Below, one piece after another: positions 11,608 through 24,625 of a stretch of 32,000 nt of DNA. The notes beneath the pieces are model-generated. The model did no database searches. It saw nothing but the letters and a program-made list of their open reading frames with translations, and was not told where the DNA came from. Within the stretch, counting starts at the first letter, position 1, and each line of letters begins with the position of its first letter. This DNA is from Mycoplasma mycoides subsp. capri (GTDB lineage: Bacteria > Bacillota_I > Bacilli_A > Mycoplasmatales > Mycoplasmataceae): NCBI RefSeq assembly GCF_018389705.1, contig NZ_CP065581.1, forward strand, positions 300,001 through 332,000, given 5' to 3'. The translations under genes and the position numbers were made by a program.

Positions 11608-12678
11608 ATGAGTATTGAATTTAAAGAAATAGAAGTTAAAAATAGTAGAGTTACACAAAAACCTAATTATTTAGTTGATGTAATCTTTTCAAAACAAAAA
11701 TATCAAGAAGATAAAAAAGAATTTTATAAACTTTATTTAGTTATTTCTAAAAATTTACGTTATTATGATGAATCAAAATTATCTAATAATTTGTCTGATT
11801 TATTTTATTCAATTAGTTATAAAAATAAAGATAAGCTAGTTAAACTAATTAGTAATGATAAAAAATTAATTAATTATCAAATATCAACTAATAAACAAAA
11901 ACAATTTATTACAATAAATATTCCAACTAATATTTTTAATAATCATCAATTAGAGTTAATTTTTGATGCTAAGTTTAAAACAAATAATTTAACTGAAGAA
12001 TTTACAAACACCATTTTATTAAACAATAAAGCAACACATAATAAAAACAAGTATTTAAATAACCTAATTACTTATTATAAAAATTATGATCAATATAAAA
12101 AGAAAGCTGTTTTATTTAACCTTTTAAGTTATGAGTTAAACTACAAGCAACCTAGTTTTACAATTAATAAAAAGTATTTAAAAATAATTGATTTTGATTA
12201 TAAATTTAATGTTAATTTACATAAAGATTTTAATAATAATTGAGAAATAAATTATTTAATAAATAATCTTTTAAATTCTAGAACAAATAATTTTATTCAA
12301 ATCAATAAACTACAAATTAATGATTTTATTAGACCTAATAAGTACTATAAAGATTTACCTAAAGCTATTGTTTTAGATGATGGGGTTTATTTTAATAATT
12401 ATTTAGAAATTAAAGATCAAACTATAATTAGTAATTCAAATACAAAAGGGTTTATATTTAATGGATTAGTTGACAATACTTTTTATTATGATTTAAAAAT
12501 TTTTGATAACATACTAAACTTTAAAACTAAAATAAATAGTTTGAAATTTATAGATTGTAATGATTGTAATTTAATTAATCCAAACATTAGTAAATATCTT
12601 TTTTCAAAAGAGTTCTTTTTAAATTTAGAAGTTCATCCTAATTTAGAAAGTGAGTTAAATAAATATGAAGTTAAGTAA
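11608..12678 (+). CDS. Uncharacterised protein (356 aa)
   Basis: GAGGTG RBS at about 11598, ATG 11608 (MSIEFKEIEVKNSRVTQKPNYLVDV...), continuous with TGA=Trp to TAA 12676-12678. The track ORF start at 11446 lies inside the tRNA and is not used. Confidence 0.8.
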
Positions 12679-13027
12679 AAATTTTAAAATTTTAATTATG
12701 TTCATTTTAATAGTTTCATGTATTTTATCAACAATTGCTTCTATTTATTTTTCAAATGTCTTTTCATTAAACAAAAATAACTTATTAAAACAATCAATAA
12801 ATATTACTAAACCAATAATTGATAATTCTAAATATTTAAATAAATTATTAACTAATGATAATAAATTAAATATTAATTCATTTAAAACTATCTTTTTAAA
12901 AGAGTTAAAAAAACAAAATAAAGAGCTTTTTTTACTTGATGATTTAATAACATTTTCATATGATAATACTAGTGTTAGTGTTGAATATCAAAACTATAAA
13001 TGGTCTTATAAAATTGTATATAATTAA
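12665..13027 (+). CDS. Uncharacterised protein with single N-terminal TM segment (120 aa)
   Basis: ATG 12665 overlaps the end of the upstream gene by 14 nt. MKLSKNFKILIMFILIVSCILSTIASIYF is a signal-anchor-like N-terminus. Confidence 0.75.
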   Translation: MKLSKNFKILIMFILIVSCILSTIASIYFSNVFSLNKNNLLKQSINITKPIIDNSKYLNKLLTNDNKLNINSFKTIFLKELKKQNKELFLLDDLITFSYDNTSVSVEYQNYKWSYKIVYN

Positions 13028-13050
13028 ATAGAGAAAGCTTAGGTGAAATA

Positions 13051-13272
13051 ATGGCTATTTATAATCAAATTGTTAAAGAATTAAAAAGTAGAGGTGCTAA
13101 GGGTAATATTACAAAAGATAGCGAATTCAAATCTCTAGGTTTAGATTCTTTAGATTTAATGGATATGGTAGTTACATTAGAAGAAAAATTAAATATTAGA
13201 ATCAGTGATGACCAATTACTAAGCTTACGTACTATTGATGATTTATTAAAAGTAATAGAGGAATTACAATAA
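13051..13272 (+). CDS. acpP: Acyl carrier protein
   Basis: 73 aa with phosphopantetheine attachment motif LGLDSLDLMDMV and ACP-like length. Confidence 0.9.
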   Translation: MAIYNQIVKELKSRGAKGNITKDSEFKSLGLDSLDLMDMVVTLEEKLNIRISDDQLLSLRTIDDLLKVIEELQ

Positions 13273-13737
13273 ATGATTCATTTATCTAAAACTCAACAAA
13301 CTAAATATAAACAAATAGTTGAAAAATTAAAATTAAAAAAAATTAGACTAACAGATATTAGAAGCATTGTAATTAAAATGCTAATCGTTTCAGATCATTT
13401 AACTATTCAACAAATTATTAATAATTTGGAATCTGAAATCAATAATATCAATGTAATGAGTGTTTATAATACTATTGATTTATTATTAAAAGAACATATT
13501 GTTTTTGCAAATACTTTTAATGGTAAAGATATTTCTTATGAAATAGCAGCAGATAAATCGGTGCATTTGAAGTGTGATGATTGTTTAAAAGTAATTCATT
13601 TAGATGATAAAAGTATTGAAAATTATCATTTTTTAGAGCTATTAGATTTGTGTGAAAAAAATGGTATTAAGCTAAGTCATTTTAAAATTGAAGGCCATGG
13701 CTATTGTTTAGAATGTTCTAGTAAAGAAAATAAATAA
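13273..13737 (+). CDS. fur: Fur/PerR-family transcriptional regulator
   Basis: 154 aa. Winged-helix-like N-terminus, NVMSVYNTIDLLLKE recognition region, HLKCDDC...CLEC metal-binding cysteines. Starts immediately after the acpP stop. Confidence 0.85.
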   Translation: MIHLSKTQQTKYKQIVEKLKLKKIRLTDIRSIVIKMLIVSDHLTIQQIINNLESEINNINVMSVYNTIDLLLKEHIVFANTFNGKDISYEIAADKSVHLKCDDCLKVIHLDDKSIENYHFLELLDLCEKNGIKLSHFKIEGHGYCLECSSKENK

Positions 13738-13766
13738 CTTTAGTTACTAATGATATGTGTTTAACC

Positions 13767-13795
13767 TTGAAAAACTTATTATTTGACTTTATAAT
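13767..13795 (+). promoter_or_regulatory. Putative promoter for the tRNA-Trp pair
   Basis: TTGAAA, 17-nt spacer, TATAAT, located 17 nt before tRNA-Trp(UCA). Confidence 0.75.
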
Positions 13796-13812
13796 ATAAT
13801 AGAAGTTTTAAT

Positions 13813-13888
13813 AGGGGCATAGTTCAGTAGGTAGAACATCGGTCTTCAAAACCGAGTGTCACGAGTTCGAGTCTTGTTGCCCCTGCCA
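13813..13888 (+). tRNA. tRNA-Trp(TCA), decodes UGA (and UGG)
   Basis: AGGGGCA/TGCCCCT acceptor stem, anticodon loop CTTCAAA (anticodon TCA), G73 and encoded CCA. Confidence 0.96.
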
Positions 13889-13897
13889 TTTTGAAAT

Positions 13898-13923
13898 TAA
13901 ATCACACTTTGTGTGATTTTTTT
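13898..13923 (+). terminator. Terminator-like hairpin between the two tRNA-Trp genes
   Basis: AAATCACAC-ttt-GTGTGATTT followed by T run. Confidence 0.8.
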
Positions 13924-13925
13924 AT

Positions 13926-14000
13926 AGGAGAGTAGTTCAATGGTAGAACGTCGGTCTCCAAAACCGAGCGTTGAGGGTTCGATTCCTTTCTCTCCTGCCA
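13926..14000 (+). tRNA. tRNA-Trp(CCA), decodes UGG
   Basis: AGGAGAG/CTCTCCT acceptor stem, anticodon loop CTCCAAA (anticodon CCA), G73 and encoded CCA. Confidence 0.96.
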
Positions 14001-14010
14001 TAGAAAATTA

Positions 14011-14038
14011 AAAAAAACTGGATTAGTCCAGTTTTTTT
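14011..14038. terminator. Bidirectional terminator between tRNA-Trp and degV
   Basis: AAAAAAACTGGA-ttag-TCCAGTTTTTTT perfect inverted repeat. Confidence 0.88.
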
Positions 14039-14888
14039 ATTCTTCTATTGCAACAAAACCAATTGTTTCAACTCCTGCATGAATAGTATAAATGTTTGGT
14101 ACATTTCCATGAACAAAATTTATTTTTTCATCACTTAGAATTTGTTTTACAATTTCAACAGTTTTACTTGATGTTAGAGGGGTTGATAAAAAGTATAGCT
14201 TGTATTTATTCTTTTTAAACTTATTAGAAAGGTTTTTAATTAATTTTTCAATAAGACTATTATAAGTTCTACCAATAGCTTCTTTTTTAGGTTCTTTTGC
14301 TCAAATGATTAATAACTTAGTTTTTAAAAGATTTAAAACAGTTGTAATAACTCCTTTTGCTCTTCCACCATTTGATAGTTTTTTTAAATCTCCTGGAATA
14401 ATAGCTATTAAAACTTTTTCTTTAAAGTTATCAATAAAGTCAATAGCTTGTTGTGCAGTTTTAATTTTATTACTTTTAATAGCTTTTGCTAAACTTAAAG
14501 CAGTAAGAGCAATACCTTGAGCAGCAAGATCATTATTTTGATAAACTGTTATTTTATCTTTATACTTTTCATCTTGACTTACTAGAGTTGCAGTTTGCAA
14601 CATTGATGATAAATTGTTAGTAATTGGAATATGAATAATATGTTCATATTGTTCTAATAATTCATCATATTTTTTTTCTAGTTCACCAGGGCTTGCTTGA
14701 CTAGTTTTAATGTTTTCACCCATTGAAACTTTTTCAAGTATTTTTTCTTGTTCAACAATATTTTTAATATCTAAATATTCATCATTGTTTGGAAAAACGA
14801 TATGTAAAGGAATTACATCAATGATTGTATTTTTAAATTCAGCTGGATCATAAACAGCAGCACTATCAACTAATATACCAAATTTCAT
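14037..14888 (-). CDS. DegV family protein (fatty-acid-binding fold)
   Basis: MKFGILVDSAAVYDPAEFKNTIIDVIPLHIVF...NIKTSQASPGELEKKYDELL, typical DegV N-terminus and S/T-S-Q-x-S-P-G motif. 283 aa. Confidence 0.9.
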
Positions 14889-14898
14889 TTTACCACCC

Positions 14899-15738
14899 CT
14901 ATTTCTTTCAACCAACTAAAGCAACAGTATCAGTTCCAGTGTGTGATGCTATTACATTTGTTAGTTCAGATTTTAGTCTTATTTCTAATTGTTCTTCTTT
15001 TATAATAGTTTCAATCAATTCTAAAGTTTTTTCATCGGTTCTAGAATATGAAATATCTATTGTTTTTAAATCTTTAATTTCTTCTTTTAATAAACTTAAA
15101 GCTTCTTTTAAAGCTTTTTTAAAAGTTCTAGCTGTTGATTGTTTGTCAATACTTCCATCATATTTTAAAATGGGAGTAATTTTTAAAATTTTTGCTAATG
15201 CAGCAGCAGCTGGAGAAATTCTTCCACCTTGTTTTAAAGTATCTAAATTTTTTGGAATAATATAAGTTACAAAGTCATTAGCTAAATATGAAACTAAATC
15301 ACAAATTTCATTTGCAGGTTTATTTTGTTTAATTCATTCAAACACTTTATTAACTACTTCTTGCATAATTACACTAACTGCACTAGTATCACAAACAAAC
15401 ACTTTATTTTCATATTTTTCTTCAGTTTGTTGTAACATTTTAAAAGTGTTGTATTGTCCACTTAATCCTTTTGAAATTGGTAAAAAGATCACTTGATCAT
15501 ATTTAGTTAACAAATCGTCTCACATTTGTAACATATCTCCAGGAGTTGTTTGACTTGTTTTTAAAACCTGACTGTTTAAAAGGTTATAAAACTTGTCTTT
15601 TGATAAATTTTCATCATCATAATATGTCTGATTATCTTGAGTTACGATCATTAAAGGAATCACATATAAATCTTTATAATCACTAACTCTTCCATCAAAA
15701 GATGAATCAGTAAGAACCGCTATTTTTATATTAACCAC
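14899..15738 (-). CDS. DegV family protein, second paralog
   Basis: MVNIKIAVLTDSSFDGR...KTSQTTPGDMLQMWDDLLTKYDQVIFLPISKGLSGQYNT...TLKQGGRISPAAAALAKIL...SHTGTDTVALVGWKK. 279 aa. Confidence 0.92.
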
Positions 15739-15812
15739 CTATTTCTATTTCTTTAATTAAATTATATAAATTGATATAATATAATACAATGGTAATAAGG
15801 AGGATATTGACT

Positions 15813-16422
15813 GTGAATAGCATAAAATTTGGAATTTTTTATAGTAAACAGTTCAATAGTTTATTAGTAAGCTTTTTTAATAAAAAAGTTACATCCACTC
15901 AACAAATAAATAATATAACAATATTAAAAAATAATGATGAAATAATTGGGGCAAATATTTTTAATGTAGATCCAAATTTAAACTTAAAATCAGGTTTTTG
16001 TTCTGAAGATCCAAAAGCAGTAAATTATGTTATTCAAGCTTTAAAAAATATATATGAAGTTAAACAAGAACTTCAATTTGTTATTGGAAGAATTATTGAA
16101 TGTGAACCTATTGAAGGAACTCATTTAAATATTTGTCAAGTAGATATTAAAAGTGAAGTTTTACAAATTATTTGTGGAGCAAGTAATGCTAGAAAAAAAA
16201 GTAGTATGTGTTGTTGCTACTCTTAATAGTTGATTACCAAATGGCCAACAAATTATTCAAAGTAAAATTAGAGGTGTTGATTCATTTGGAATGTTATGTA
16301 GTTATAAAGAGTTAAATATAGAAAATGATCAACAAGGTATTATTGAATTAGGTAGTGAATATAATAATAAAATTGGTGAAAGTTTTTGAAAGGAATATTA
16401 TGCAAAACAAGACCAAGTTTAA
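15813..16422 (+). pseudogene. ytpR: YtpR-type tRNA-binding (EMAP/OB-fold) protein, frameshifted at an A8 run (16193-16200)
   Basis: GTG start after AAGGAGG. Frame continues to GASNARKK, then runs to a stop at 16224-16226. With one A fewer, the frame continues [41 protein letters not shown]...QDQV to TAA 16420-16422, the conserved tRNA_bind C-terminal half. Could be pseudogene, recoding or sequence error. Confidence 0.75.
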
Positions 16423-17461
16423 ATTTGACTCTAGAGTAAAAGATGGTTATTTTATTGCTGATTATTTTAAAAAAACTGTTGAAATATTAAAAAACTTTAA
16501 ACACGATCAAATAATAACAATGCAATTTTTTCAAAGAAATGATAATGTTGTTTTATGTGGGATTAGTGAAGTTATAGATCTTTTAAAATTTACATCACCA
16601 AACTATGATGATTTAGAAATATATGCTTTAAATGATGGAGATATTATTAATAGTAAAGAACCAGTTTTAAAGATTACTGGAAAATATCAAGATTTTGGAT
16701 GATTAGAAGGAATGATTGATGGAATTTTATCAAGAAATACTTCTATAGCAACTAATTCAAAACAAATTATTGATGCAGCTAGTCATAAAGATGTTTTAAA
16801 TATGTTAGATAGAGCAGATAATTATTTAACACTAGCTAGTGATGGTTATGCTTCTTATATTGGTGGGTTTAGATTGTTTGTAACTCAAGCTAGTTTAGAA
16901 TATATTGATGATAAAACTGTTTTACAACCATCAGGTACAATGCCTCATGCATTAATTCAAGCTTTTAATGGAGATACTTTAAAAGCAGCTGATGCCTTTT
17001 ATAAAACTTATCCAAATAATAACTTAGTTGTTTTAATTGATTATGATAATGATTGTGTTAATATGGCAACTAAAATTGGAAAACATTTTAAAGAAAAATT
17101 ATATGCAGTTAGATTAGATACTTCTGAAAATTTAGTTGATAAATTTTTTATAAATAACAAAGATTATATTAATCAAACTAATTTAAATGGAGTAAGTGAG
17201 CAATTAGTTAGAGAAGTTAGAAAAGCATTAGATAATGTTGGATGTAATCATACAAAAATTATTGTTTCATCAAGTTTTTCAGCAAACAAAATTAAAGAAT
17301 TTGAAAGTAAAAATGTTCCAGTAGATATTTATGGAGTTGGATCTGCTTTAGCTAAAATAAATATTCACTTTACAGGAGACGCTGTTTTAATTAATAATCA
17401 AAAACAAGCAAAATTTGGTAGAGAAAATATTGAAAATCTTAGATTAAAAAAAGTTAAATAG
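16400..17461 (+). CDS. pncB: Nicotinate phosphoribosyltransferase
   Basis: MQNKTKFKFDSRVKDGYFIADYFKKT..., DGILSRNTSIATNSKQI, TVLQPSGTMPHALIQAFNGD, RLDTSENLVDKF, VDIYGVGSAL. Overlaps the restored ytpR 3' end by 23 nt. Confidence 0.85.
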
Positions 17462-17469
17462 GAAGTTTT

Positions 17470-18712
<1,243 letters not shown>

Positions 18713-18714
<2 letters not shown>

Positions 18715-18747
18715 AAATCTAAGTTACTTAAAACTTAGATTTTTTTG
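18713..18747 (+). terminator. Intrinsic terminator after tyrS
   Basis: AAAAATCTAAGTT-acttaa-AACTTAGATTTTTTT. Confidence 0.8.
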
Positions 18748-18907
18748 TTTATATTTTCAAAAATATTATTAATTTATTGTTTTTTTTATAGTTTTATAAT
18801 TTGTTTAATAACTTATTTTTTGATATTTTTTAAACTTATATCTCAACTTATAACTAGTATTATTTTAAAACTATAAAAAACTCACTAAAATTAATATAAG
18901 GAGTAAT

Positions 18908-21871
18908 ATGAACTATATATCTTTATTAACTATTAAAAATCAATATGATTTTTTAGAATCTTTAATTACTATTGATCAATATATAGAATTTATTAAAAAA
19001 AATAAACTTAGTTATGCTTTTTATAGTGAAACTCATACTATGTATGGTGTTGCTGAGTTTTTTAAAAAAGCTACTGATAATAACATAAAACCAATAATTG
19101 GTTTAACAATTGAATTTGAAGATTCTACTAAACTAATAATTTATGCTAAAAACAAAAAAGGTTATCAAATTCTTAATTTTGTTTCTAGTTTTTTAAATGA
19201 TGGATTTAATCATTATGATTATGAAATTAAAGAATATATTTTAGAACTAGTTAATAATAATGTAGTTGTTGTTGGATTAATTAATGATCTAGATTTTAAA
19301 ACACATTTAATTAATAAGTTAAATAATGATTTTTATGATGTTAAAGAATTAAATTTATATTTTAATCAAATAAGTTATTTAGATATAAATGATCAAAAAA
19401 CTTTTAATATTTTAAATGCGATTAAAACTAATAAAACAATAGATCAAATTCAAAATATTAATAATTATTTTTATCCAGATAATGATTATTTAATAAAAAA
19501 TTATTCATTAGAAAATATTAAAAAAGTTATTAGTGAAATTAATTTAAAAGTTGATTTTAACTTATTTGATAGTAATGAAAAACACTTAGTAAAATACAAA
19601 AATATAAATAACTTATCTTCTTTTGAATATTTGCGTCAAGTTTGTTTATTGTCATTAAAAAAATATCAACAAAAAATTAAGCCTTATTTAGATTTAAAAC
19701 TATATATTAATAGATTAAATTATGAATTAGAAGTTATTAAACAAATGGGGTTTAGTGATTATTTTTTAATAGTTAGTGATTATGTAAATTTTGCAAAAAA
19801 AAATGATATTTTAGTAGGTCCTGGTAGAGGAAGTGCTGCTGGTAGTTTAATTAGCTATTTATTAAGAATTACAGATATTGATCCATTAGAATATGATTTA
19901 CTATTTGAAAGATTTTTAAATCCAGATCGTTCTAATTTACCAGATATTGACTTAGATTTTCAAGATAATAGAAGAGAAGAAGTTTTAGAATATTTATTTG
20001 AAAAATACGGTAAATATCATGTTGGTATGATTACAACTTATCAAACTATTGGTTATAAAATGGCTTGAAGAGATGTATGTAGAGTTTTTAATATTGATTT
20101 ATTAATCGTTAATAAAATTTCTAAAGTTTTAGATCAATACACAAATTCTGATTTTTTAGAATTTATTAAAGAAAATAAATTATTAAATGATTATTTTCAA
20201 AATGATTTATTTAAAGAAATATTTATAACAATGGATAAAATTGTAGGCCTACCACGTCAAACATCAACACATGCAGCTGGAATTGTATTAACTGATTGTG
20301 ATTTAAGAGAACTTGTTCCTATTAAAATTGGGTTTAATGGAATTAATCAAACTCAATTTGATATGAATTATTTAGATGCTTTAGGTTTAATTAAAATGGA
20401 TATTTTAGGGCTAAGAAATTTAACCACTATTCAAGAAATTAAACACTTAATATATTTAAATCAAAACTTAAAAATTAGCTTAAATAAAATTGATTTAAAT
20501 GATAAAAAAGCTTTTGAGCTTTTAAAAAATAAACAAACCTCAGGAATTTTTCAACTTGAATCAAAAGGAATGACTGATTTAATTTCAAAAATGCAAGTTG
20601 ATTCTATTGAACAAATTTCAATAGCTTCAGCTTTATATCGTCCAGGTCCTCAAGAAATGATTCCTATTTATTTAGAAAATAAAAAAACTAATAAGTTTAA
20701 AATCATTGATAAAAGTGTTTATGAAATTTTAAAACCAACTTATGGAATTATTGTTTATCAAGAACAAGTGATGCAAATGCTTAATAAAGTAGCTAATTTT
20801 TCTTATGCAAAAGCAGATATTATTAGAAGAGCTATGAGTAAAAAAAATAATAAAGTAATGCAATCAATGAAACTAGAATTTATTAATAGTGCAATTAAGA
20901 ATAATTTTTCTTATAATAAAGCTAATTTAATTTGAAATTGAATTGAAAAGTTTTCAAATTATGGATTTAATAAATCACATTCTATTTCTTATTCTTATAT
21001 AAGTTATTGATTAGCTTATTTTAAAGCTCATTTTACAACTGAATTTTATACTAGTTTATTAGATCAAAATATTGGTAATGAAATCAAAACTCAACAATAT
21101 ATTAAAGAATTATATGATTATAAAATTAAAGTTAATAAGCCAAGTGTAATTAATTCTAATTTTAATTATCAAATTATAAATAAACAAATTTATATGCCTT
21201 TAACTTGTATTAAATCAATTGGTTATGAAGTAGTTAAAAAGATTAATTTAGCTAAAACTGAAAATGAAAATATGTATTTAGATATTCATAATTTCATACT
21301 AGCTATGATTAAACAAAAAATTAATGTTAATGTATTACAAACCTTAATAAAAGCTGGAGCTTTAGATATTTTTAATTATAATAAAAAAACAATGATAGAA
21401 AATCTAGATCTATTAATTAGTCAAGCTAATGCTTATAAACAAGTTAATAATATTTTAGATGATGAAAAAATTAATTTAATTATTTATGATGAATATGAAG
21501 ATGAGATTCTAGCAAGCTTTGAAAAAGAATTATATGGTTTTTTTATTGACCAAAATCCTATTTTAAAACTTAAAACTAATAATTTTAATTTAAATCTTAT
21601 AGATATTTCTAAACTTGAATATAATAAAGTACAAGTGATTTTAGGTTATATTTTAAAAATTAAAGAAATTAAAGATAAAAATAACAATAAAATGGCATTT
21701 GTAACAGTTTTTGATAACACTAGTGAAGTTGAACTAACAATTTTTAGTAGTGATTATAAAGATATTTCTGATCAATTAATAGAAAATAAAGCTTATGTTT
21801 TTAAAGTATTAAAAACTAAGACAAATAATAAAACTTCAATAAAGTTTATTAGTTTAATTAAAGCTATTTAG
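18908..21871 (+). CDS. dnaE: DNA polymerase III alpha subunit, DnaE type
   Basis: VGPGRGSAAGSLISYLLRI, PDIDLDFQDNRREEV, RQTSTHAAGIVLT, GIVVYQEQVMQ-like text, SYWLAYFKAHFTTEFY. 987 aa with TGA=Trp. Confidence 0.96.
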
Positions 21872-21879
21872 GAGGTTAT

Positions 21880-24615
21880 ATGAAAACTAAAATTTTAGTA
21901 GTAGATGGTAATTCTTTGATTTTTAGAGCTTTTTATGCAACTGCTTATTCATCAAATAGTAATTTATTAAAAACAAAAAGTGGTGTTTTAACAAATGCAG
22001 TTTATTCTTTTATTAATATGTTATTATCTGTAATTCATCAAAGAGGACCTTATGATCATATTTTAATAGCATTTGATAAAGGTAAAAAAACTTTTAGACA
22101 CGATTTATTAAGTGATTATAAAGCTAATAGAATTAAAACTCCTAACGAATTAGTTGAACAATTTAGTATTGTTAGAGAATTTTTAACAAAAGCAAACATT
22201 CAATGATTTGAACAAGAAAACATTGAAGCTGATGATATTGTTGGATCAATTTGTAAATACGCTGAAAAACAATTTGATGATTTAGAAGCTGAAATTTTAA
22301 GTAGTGATAAAGATATGTATCAACTAATTACAAATAAAGTAATTTGTTTAAACCCAGTTCAAGGAGTTAATGAACTTGAAGAAGTTGATACTAATAAATT
22401 GTTTGAAAAATGACAAATTTCACCAAACCAAGTTCCAGATTATAAAGCAATAGTTGGTGATTCTTCAGATAATTTAAAAGGAGTTAATGGGATTGGGCAA
22501 AAAGGAGCTATTAAATTAATTCAACAATATCAAAATTTAGAAAATATTTATAATAATTTAGAACAAATAAAAGGTGCTATTAAAACTAAATTAGAACAAG
22601 ATAAAAAAATGGCTTTTTTATGTAAAGATTTAGCAACAATTAAAACTGATGTAACTTTAGAAAATTTTTCTTTTAAAAAATTAGATTTTAATGTTGATAA
22701 TATTTATGAGTTTTTAAATAAATATGAAATGTATTCTTTAAAAAAACGCTTTACAAATATTTTAAATCTTGATTTTAATCCTTATCAGAATAAAAAACAA
22801 AATTTAGATGTTAGAATAATTAATTCTTGATCAAAAGATTATGAAGATTCTATAAATTATTTATATGTTGAATCATTAGAAGAAGATTATCATAAAGATA
22901 AAATTATTGGAATTGGTATTTCAAATAATAAAGGTAATTTTTATTTAGATTTTAAAAATAAAGCTCAACAATTATCTTTTTTTGAAGATACAACACTAAG
23001 TTCAATTGATAGTTTGTTTGAAGAATTTTTAAATAATTCTAATTTAAAAAAATATACTTATGATATTAAAAAAACTACTTATTTATTAAAAAATCACAAC
23101 TATAATGTTTTAGCAAGTAATTTTGATTTTGATTTTATGGTTGCTTGTTATTCTTTAAATGCTAATGTTGTTTCTGATTTATCTAATCAAATTAAATTAG
23201 TTGATAATTTCATTGAATTAGAAACTATTGATGAAATTTTTGGAAAAGGTGTTAAAAAAAATCCAGATATAGATCTTGATATTAAATCTAAATATATTAG
23301 TAAAAAAGCTTATTTATTAAAAAAATATTCTGATCAATTAATTGAACAATTAAAACAAACTAATACTTATGATTTATATTTAAAAATTGATCACCCTTTA
23401 ATTGAGGTTTTATATGATATTGAAGTTCAAGGAATTTTAATAGATAAAGAACAATTAAAACTACAAACCCAACAAATATTAAAAAAAATAAATCATATTG
23501 AAGGACAAATGAAAATTTTAGTCGCTGAAGAAATTGATAATAATTTTAATTTTTCTTCACCAAAGCAAATTCAAGAATTACTATTTGATAAATTAAAATT
23601 ACCTAATTTAGAAAAAGGTACTACTAGTAAAGAAGTTTTAGAAAAATTAATAACTTATCATCCAATAATCAATTTATTATTAGAACATAGAAAATATACT
23701 AAGTTATATACAACTTATTTAAAAGGTTTTGAAAAATTTATTTTTGATGATAATAAAGTTCATACTATTTTTAATCATACTTTAACAAATACTGGTAGAT
23801 TAAGTTCTTCTTATCCAAATATTCAAAATATTTCTATTAGAGATAATGAACAAAAAGAAGTTAGAAAAATTTTTATTACAAATAATAATAAGACTTTTTT
23901 AAGTTATGATTATTCTCAAATTGAACTAAGAGTTTTAGCACAAATGTCTAAAGAAACAAATTTAATTAATGCATTTAATCAAAATGCTGATATTCACTTA
24001 CAAGCTGCCAAATTAATTTTTAATCTTAGTGATGATCAAATCACAAGTGAACAAAGAAGAATAGCTAAAGTTTTTAATTTTGGAATTTTATATGGTTTAA
24101 CTGATTTTGGTTTAGCAAGTGATTTAAATATCAGTGTTAATCAAGCAAAACAAATGATTAAAGATTATTATTCTGCTTTTCCAAGTTTATTAGAATTTAA
24201 AGAAAAGCAAGTAGAAATAGCAACAAATCAAGGTTATATTACAACTTTATCCAATAGAAGAAGATATATTAATGAATTAAATTCAACAAATCATAACATC
24301 AGACAATTTGGAAAAAGAATAGCAGTAAATACACCAATTCAAGGAACTGCTTCAGATATTTTAAAAGTAGCTATGATAAGTATTTATAAAAAGTTAAAAG
24401 AACAAAATTTAGATGCTAGAATTGTTTGTCAAATTCATGATGAAATTATTTTAGAAGTTGATGATAATCAATTAGAACAAACTAAAAAAATTGTTGTTAG
24501 TGAATTAGAAAATGCTTTAGAAAAACTATTTTTAGATCTAAATATAAAAGAACAAGTAGTTGTTAAATTAAAAGTTGGAGAATCAGTTGGTAAGACTTGA
24601 TTTGATCTAAAATAG
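21880..24615 (+). CDS. polA: DNA polymerase I, with 5'-3' exonuclease and polymerase domains
   Basis: MKTKILVVDGNSLIFRAFYA start, EADDIVGSI, polymerase motifs SYDYSQIELRVLAQMS, RRIAKVFNFGILYG, QIHDEIILEV. Confidence 0.96.
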
Positions 24616-24625
24616 AAAGGTTAAT

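Noticed and set aside
14305-15265. Plus-strand ORFs 14305-14520 and 14939-15265
   Set aside because: Antisense to the two degV genes, whose motifs and starts are clear.
18748-18907. Possible small RNA or riboswitch between tyrS and dnaE
   Set aside because: Only AT-rich sequence with no strong conserved structure visible by eye. It is probably just promoter/leader.
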